64,000 bases of DNA from Lachnospiraceae bacterium (GTDB taxonomy: Bacteria; Bacillota; Clostridia; Lachnospirales; Lachnospiraceae). Below the pieces are notes generated by a model, which worked only from the letters and a program-made list of their open reading frames with translations, did not search any database and was not told the DNA's origin. Positions within the stretch are counted from its first letter, which is position 1. Every line of letters starts with the position of its first letter. The translations under genes were made by a program, and so were the position numbers. Positions 58,818-64,000 of this stretch are shown in pieces. The stretch spans positions 4,727 to 68,726 of the forward strand of contig JAHZAV010000010.1 of NCBI GenBank assembly GCA_019423745.1. The letters run 5' to 3'.

Positions 58818-59387
58818 GTGGAAATCAGCAAATTGGAAGGGATTATAGAGGCCATTCTTTTTACAATGGGAGATTCAGTGGAGTTGTCCAGAATCGCAGC
58901 GGCCATTGAACATGATGAGGAAACCACGCGCAAAATAATACATAATATGATGGATAAATATGAGGCGTCTGACCGGGGAATACGTATTATAGAGCTGGAG
59001 GACTCATTTCAAATGTGTACAAAGACAGATATGTATGAATATTTGATTCGGGTGGCAAAACAGCCTAAAAAATATATACTGACAGATGTACAGCTGGAGA
59101 CTTTATCTATTATTGCTTATAAACAGCCAGTAACTAAATTAGAAATAGAAAAAATAAGAGGAGTGAAGTCCGATCATGCGGTAAATCGTCTCATAGAGTA
59201 TAATCTTGTATGTGAGGTGGGCAGAATGGATGCTCCTGGACGTCCCCTTCTTTTTGGAACGACAGAGGAGTTCCTTAGAAGATTTAGTATTCATTCTCTG
59301 GAGGAACTGCCAAGTCTTAATTCAGAGCAGATGGAAAATTTTAAACACGAGGCAGAAGAAGAGGCACAGATGAAACTGGATATTTAA
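58818..59387 (+). CDS. scpB: Segregation and condensation protein B
   Basis: IEAILF, LETLSIIAYKQPVT, IRGV, GRPLLFGTT, LEELP; GTG start. Confidence 0.95.
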   Translation: MEISKLEGIIEAILFTMGDSVELSRIAAAIEHDEETTRKIIHNMMDKYEASDRGIRIIELEDSFQMCTKTDMYEYLIRVAKQPKKYILTDVQLETLSIIAYKQPVTKLEIEKIRGVKSDHAVNRLIEYNLVCEVGRMDAPGRPLLFGTTEEFLRRFSIHSLEELPSLNSEQMENFKHEAEEEAQMKLDI

Positions 59388-59397
59388 TTCGGATTCG

Positions 59398-59426
59398 GAA
59401 TATTGAGAGTTGCAGGCACATAGACT
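59398..59426 (+). promoter_or_regulatory. SigE-type promoter of dacB
   Basis: GAATATT-14-CATAGACT. Confidence 0.5.
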
Positions 59427-59462
59427 GAAAAATAAAGATAAGAAGATCTGGTGTGACTGTAA

Positions 59463-60668
59463 ATGGTGAAAGTAAAATATAAAAAGAGATTGTCAATGGC
59501 AGTTCTTATTCTGGTAGTTTTCTTTGCTCCATTGAAGGCAAAGGCAGGCGAAACTCCTGAAGAACTGTCACAACTATACGCCCGGTCAGCAGTTTTAATG
59601 GATGCTGACAGTGGGCGTGTTTTATTTGGTAAGGAAGTGGAAACCATTCGCCCCATGGCAAGTACAACAAAAATTATGACTTGTATTCTTATTTTGGAAT
59701 CTGATATGGAAGAGGTATGTACGGTGTCAGAAAATGCAGCGACACAGCCCCAGGTGCGGCTTGGTGTAAAAGAAGGAGAGCTGTACCGTACAAAAGATCT
59801 TCTTTATTCTTTGATGCTGGAATCTCATAATGACAGTGCTGTGATTTTGGCAGAAAACCAGGCGGGAACAGTAGAGAATTTTGCTAATCAGATGAATAAA
59901 AAAGCGAAAGAAATTGGCTGCAAAAGTACGCATTTTGTTACGCCCAATGGTTTAGACGGAAAAGATGAAGAAGGAATCCATGGCACAACAGCGAAAGATC
60001 TTGCCCGTATTATGCGGTATTGTATTCAAATTTCTCCTGAAAGAGAAGAATTTTTAGAGATTACCAGAACAGAACAGTGGCAGTTTACAGATGAATCTGG
60101 AAAGAGATCTTTCACTTGCTCAAATCACAATGCTTTTCTTAATATGATGGATGGAGCTTTGACCGGAAAGACTGGTTTTACAGCAGATGCAGGATATTGC
60201 TACGTGGGTGCGCTTAAACGAGAGGGAAGGACATTTATTGTAGCGTTACTTGCATGCGGTTGGCCGAATAACAAAAATTATAAATGGTCAGATACAAAAA
60301 AACTGATGCAGTATGGGATTGATCATTATCGGTATCAAGAGATAGAGACAGAAAAAGAGCTTCCAGCTTTGGAGGTTAGAAACAGTGTACCGGATGAGGG
60401 GATTAAAGGCGAGACGCAGGTTGAACTATATGTAAAAAGTAATAATATGAAACTTTTAATGTCGAAAGACGAAAAAGTAAAAACTGTTCTTAAACTGCCG
60501 CGCTATCTGGATGCACCTGTTGAAAAGGGAGAGAAAGTTGGAAACATTCAATATATTGTTAATGATTTTCTGGTATCTTGTGATGGAATATATGCTAAGA
60601 AATCTGTCTTAGAGCGGAAATTTACATGGTGTTTCCAGAAGATAGCGGAAAGCTTTTTTATGACATAG
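59463..60668 (+). CDS. dacB: D-alanyl-D-alanine carboxypeptidase (DacB-like)
   Basis: MASTTK, SHNDSA, TPNGLD, GKTGFT; follows scpAB. Confidence 0.8.
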   Translation: MVKVKYKKRLSMAVLILVVFFAPLKAKAGETPEELSQLYARSAVLMDADSGRVLFGKEVETIRPMASTTKIMTCILILESDMEEVCTVSENAATQPQVRLGVKEGELYRTKDLLYSLMLESHNDSAVILAENQAGTVENFANQMNKKAKEIGCKSTHFVTPNGLDGKDEEGIHGTTAKDLARIMRYCIQISPEREEFLEITRTEQWQFTDESGKRSFTCSNHNAFLNMMDGALTGKTGFTADAGYCYVGALKREGRTFIVALLACGWPNNKNYKWSDTKKLMQYGIDHYRYQEIETEKELPALEVRNSVPDEGIKGETQVELYVKSNNMKLLMSKDEKVKTVLKLPRYLDAPVEKGEKVGNIQYIVNDFLVSCDGIYAKKSVLERKFTWCFQKIAESFFMT

Positions 60669-60837
60669 GTATTGTGGAGTGGAAATACACTTTGCGAATA
60701 TTAAAATATATCAATAAAAATGATTAAAATTGTCACTTTTATTTTGGGAATATGTGTGTTAGGATAAACAGGTATTAAAAAAAGACAAGAAAGTTGATTA
60801 ATATTTAACTTTTGAAGATAGCAAGGGAGATGGCAAA

Positions 60838-62826
60838 ATGAAAAATTATGAAAAATATGAACGGCAGTATTTTATGCCGCCGGAAATAACATATGATTGG
60901 GTGAAAAAAGAGTACATTGACCGACCGCCGGTTTGGTGCAGTGTGGATCTTAGAGATGGAAATCAGGCTTTGATTGAGCCAATGAGCTTAGATGAAAAAC
61001 TGGAATTTTTTGAGCTTCTTGTAAAGGTTGGATTTAAAGAAATTGAAGTGGGATTTCCGGCAGCATCCGAGACGGAATACCGTTTTATGAGAACCTTAAT
61101 TGAGCGAAATATGATTCCTGATGATGTGACAGTTCAAGTCCTGACACAGGCAAGAGAACATATTATTAAAAAAACATTTGAAGCTGTTAAAGGCGCGCCT
61201 CACGCGGTGATTCATCTTTATAATTCCACATCTGTTGCACAGAGAGAACAGGTGTTTAAAAAAGACAAAGAACAGATTAAAAAGATTGCGATAGACGGGG
61301 CTAAACTTTTGAAAAAACTGGCGGATGAGACAGAAGGTAACTTTACCTTTGAATATAGCCCGGAGAGTTTTTCAGGCACAGAAGTTGAATATGCTGTAGA
61401 GGTGTGCAATGCGGTTCTGGATGTTTGGAATCCACAGGCTGATAATAAGGCTATTATTAATATACCAACTACTGTAGAAAATGCTATGCCTCATGTATTT
61501 GCTTCGCAGTTGGAATATGTACATAAACACCTTGCTTACAGAGAGAATGTGGTGCTCTCTCTTCATCCGCACAATGACAGAGGATGCGGAGTCGCAACAG
61601 CGGAACTGGGTATTCTGGCAGGAGCAGATCGGATTGAGGGGACACTGTTTGGAAATGGTGAGAGAACAGGAAATGTTGATATTATTACGCTGGGAATGAA
61701 TATGTTTTCTCACGGAGTGGATCCCTGTCTTGATTTTTCTAATATGGAGGCAATTAAAGAGACCTATGAGCGGCTGACACGAATGACGGTTGATGTTCGC
61801 CAGCCTTATGCAGGAGAACTGGTATTTACTGCTTTTTCAGGATCTCATCAGGATGCGATTGCAAAGGGAATGGCATGGAGAGATGAGAAGAAGTGTGCGG
61901 TATGGACGGTACCATATCTACCAATTGATCCACAGGACGTGGGAAGAAAATATGATTCAGATGTGATTCGTATTAATAGCCAATCCGGAAAAGGCGGTGT
62001 AAACTATATTCTGAAACAGAGCTATGGTATTAACCTTCCAGAAAAAATGCGTGAAGAAGTAGGGTATCTGGTAAAGGGAGTATCAGATAAAGCTCATAAG
62101 GAACTGACACCGGAGTGGATTTATCAGATCTTTACAGATAATTATGTGAATGCGAAGACTGTATTTTCTATAGATGAGTGTCATTTTCATCAGGCAGACG
62201 GAATTATTGCCGATGCTACCATCCATCATGGAAAAGATGAAAGAGTTGTGACAGCATCAGGAAATGGACGTCTTGATGCGGTAAGTAATGCCATTAAACA
62301 GTATTTTAATATAAGTTATGAGCTGACGTTTTATGAGGAGCATTCTCTGACAAGAGGTTCTTCTTCAAAGGCAGTTGCTTATGTGGGAATTATCGCCCAC
62401 GGAAAGACATGTTGGGGAGTTGGAATTGATTCGGATATTATCAGTGCTTCCATTGAGGCATTAATCGTAGCAGTCAATAAAATCGAAGAAATCGGTAGCG
62501 CAGATCCATGCAAAGATGCAAGAATGATCGAGATTATGAACTATCTGCAGGCGAATTACATAGATGTTACGCTGGATGATCTGGCGGAGAAATTTTTCCT
62601 TTCCAAACCCTATCTTTCCAAATATATTAAAGAGAAGTCAGGAATGACATTTGGAGAATTGGTAAAAAAAATACGGTTGAAAAAGGCTAGAGCAATGCTT
62701 AAAAGCAGCAGTATGACTGTGGAAAATATTGCGTTGTCTGTCGGGTATCAGAACGTAGAACATTTTAACAGATTATTTAAGAAAGCGTATGATATGACCC
62801 CAGTACAATTCAGAAATCAGAAATAA
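60838..62826 (+). CDS. leuA: 2-isopropylmalate synthase with C-terminal AraC-type HTH domain
   Basis: DLRDGNQAL, EYSPESF, HPHNDRG, GERTGN, FSGSHQDAI, RINSQSGKGG, regulatory domain (GNGRLDA, YEEHSL); then LDDLAEKFFLSKPYLS...IALSVGYQNVEHFNRLFKKAYDMTP. Confidence 0.92.
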   Translation: MKNYEKYERQYFMPPEITYDWVKKEYIDRPPVWCSVDLRDGNQALIEPMSLDEKLEFFELLVKVGFKEIEVGFPAASETEYRFMRTLIERNMIPDDVTVQVLTQAREHIIKKTFEAVKGAPHAVIHLYNSTSVAQREQVFKKDKEQIKKIAIDGAKLLKKLADETEGNFTFEYSPESFSGTEVEYAVEVCNAVLDVWNPQADNKAIINIPTTVENAMPHVFASQLEYVHKHLAYRENVVLSLHPHNDRGCGVATAELGILAGADRIEGTLFGNGERTGNVDIITLGMNMFSHGVDPCLDFSNMEAIKETYERLTRMTVDVRQPYAGELVFTAFSGSHQDAIAKGMAWRDEKKCAVWTVPYLPIDPQDVGRKYDSDVIRINSQSGKGGVNYILKQSYGINLPEKMREEVGYLVKGVSDKAHKELTPEWIYQIFTDNYVNAKTVFSIDECHFHQADGIIADATIHHGKDERVVTASGNGRLDAVSNAIKQYFNISYELTFYEEHSLTRGSSSKAVAYVGIIAHGKTCWGVGIDSDIISASIEALIVAVNKIEEIGSADPCKDARMIEIMNYLQANYIDVTLDDLAEKFFLSKPYLSKYIKEKSGMTFGELVKKIRLKKARAMLKSSSMTVENIALSVGYQNVEHFNRLFKKAYDMTPVQFRNQK

Positions 62827-62836
62827 CGCAAAAGGA

Positions 62837-62878
62837 GAAAGACCTTGAAAGACGGAGAAACTTTTAAGGTCTTTCTTT
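62837..62878 (+). terminator. Terminator after leuA
   Basis: GAAAGACCTTGAAAG...CTTTTAAGGTCTTTC-TTT. Confidence 0.75.
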
Positions 62879-62879
62879 A

Positions 62880-62941
62880 TTGGTAATTTTTTAACAAAAT
62901 TGTCAAAAACAGTTGAATAATAACTGGAAAAAATATATAAT
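62880..62941 (+). promoter_or_regulatory. Rex box and SigA promoter of the carboxyltransferase
   Basis: TTGGTAA-TTTT-TTAACAA (62880-62897; one mismatch to TTGTTAA-N4-TTAACAA); TTGAAT(62913)-17-TATAAT(62936). Confidence 0.7.
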
Positions 62942-63059
62942 ATAATCGGCAGAAATTTTGGTTTAGCTTTTGCAATCGGCTATCCTGTATATAGGCTGAT
63001 TTAATGATATGCAATAGAAAAACCTGATTTGAATATCTAAGAAAATGGAGGGCTAGGTT

Positions 63060-64000
63060 ATGAGCAACATGGCAACAGAAAATGCAGCAAGTCAGAGAAT
63101 TGCTTCCCTACTTGATGCAGGCAGCTTTGTTGAAATCGGCGGCGGTGTGACTGCCAGAGCAACTGATTTCAACATGCAAGAAACAGAAACTCCGGGAGAT
63201 GGCGTCATTACCGGTTACGGAGTTATTGACGGCAATCTGGTGTATGTTTACAGCCAGGATGCGTCGGTGCTGGGGGGATCAATCGGAGAAATGCATGCGA
63301 AAAAGATCGCGGCGCTTTATGACATGGCAATGAAAATGGGCGCACCGGTTATCGGATTGATTGACTGTTCTGGAATTCGTCTTCAGGAAGCAACAGATGC
63401 GCTGGACGGATTTGGAAAACTTTATATGAAACAGGCGATGGCATCTGGAGTTGTTCCACAGATTACAGCAATTTTTGGAAACTGTGGCGGCGGTTTAGCT
63501 GTAATTCCGGCATTAACAGATTTTACATTTATGGAAACGGAACATGCAAAATTATTTGTTAATTCTCCGAATGCAATTCCAGGAAATACAGTTCAGAAGT
63601 GTGATACTGCTTCTGCTGAATTTCAGAGTAGTGAGGCTGGTCTTGTGGATGGAACAGGAACAGAGGAAGAGATTCTCTCAGACATCCGGACTTTGATCTG
63701 CATGCTGCCGTGCAATAATGAAGAGGATGCATCTTATGATGAATGTACTGATGACCTGAATCGTCTGTGCGAGGATATTGAAAATGCTGCAGAAGATACC
63801 GCAATTGCTCTGTCCTCCATTTCTGACAATGGTACCTTTTTTGAGGTGAAGAAAGATTATGCAAAAGATATGGTAACAGGCTTTATCCGTCTTAATGGGA
63901 TGACTGTCGGAGCAGTGGCAAATCGTTGTAAAGTATATAATGAGGAAGCAGAAGTGACAGCAGAATTTGATGGTTCTTTGACCGCATCAGGTGCAGGAAA
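63060..64000 (+). CDS. Acyl-CoA carboxyltransferase subunit (methylmalonyl-CoA decarboxylase alpha / PccB-like), 3' truncated
   Basis: Manual translation: MSNMATENAASQRIASLLDAGSFVEIG...PGDGVITGYG...QDASVLGGSIGEMHAKK...DCSGIRLQE...SGVVPQITAIFGNCGGG; open to the window end. Confidence 0.88.
   Translation, partial: MSNMATENAASQRIASLLDAGSFVEIGGGVTARATDFNMQETETPGDGVITGYGVIDGNLVYVYSQDASVLGGSIGEMHAKKIAALYDMAMKMGAPVIGLIDCSGIRLQEATDALDGFGKLYMKQAMASGVVPQITAIFGNCGGGLAVIPALTDFTFMETEHAKLFVNSPNAIPGNTVQKCDTASAEFQSSEAGLVDGTGTEEEILSDIRTLICMLPCNNEEDASYDECTDDLNRLCEDIENAAEDTAIALSSISDNGTFFEVKKDYAKDMVTGFIRLNGMTVGAVANRCKVYNEEAEVTAEFDGSLTASGAG

Noticed and set aside
1..59387. smc and scpAB as a Wadjet/MksBEF defence system
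   Set aside because: Canonical SMC-ScpAB in standard contexts (smc-ftsY, scpAB-dacB); no JetD nuclease.
1012..63864. Many 60-220 aa antisense or out-of-frame ORFs (e.g. 6925-7590, 41886-42521, 54733-55365)
   Set aside because: They shadow well-supported genes and show no recognisable motifs or RBS.

Overview
A mostly core chromosomal segment (AT-rich, dense, mainly + strand) from a spore-forming Clostridia, most likely a Lachnospiraceae member (taxonomy inferred from gene content and protein resemblance, not from a search). Gene order: smc (5' truncated)-ftsY-ilvA; Re-citrate synthase-like-GntR-icd; pstS-ppk1-corA; ABC-F divergent from rex; nnr-alr-mazF-corC; yebC-CFI-box protein-metY; tepA; a minus-strand nitrogen operon (GSIII-asnB-gltB-gltD) divergent from a GS-I-like gene plus an ANTAR gene; spoIVB-spo0A; glgA-metF-split metH; [FeFe]-hydrogenase; alaS; APC permease; rpsU; a rhodanese lipoprotein plus a membrane protein; maf; ProX/YbaK; DUF4317; dacF; deoC; metallophosphoesterase; degV/TetR; scpAB; dacB; leuA; carboxyltransferase (3' truncated). 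I saw no rRNA, tRNA, CRISPR array, integrase or transposase. Best leads: (1) a degenerate, C-terminally shortened GS-I-like protein paired with a non-phosphorylatable ANTAR antiterminator, with ANTAR-type hairpins inside the leader terminators of both divergent operons; (2) a LeuA with an in-frame C-terminal AraC DNA-binding domain; (3) three oriented copies of a ~47-bp palindromic element (two arms, 11-nt spacer, then N7-GGTG), two of which bracket a 1.9-kb two-gene block; (4) a glycine-riboswitch-like variant aptamer; (5) mazF without an adjacent antitoxin. All annotation is by eye from motifs; no database searches were run.
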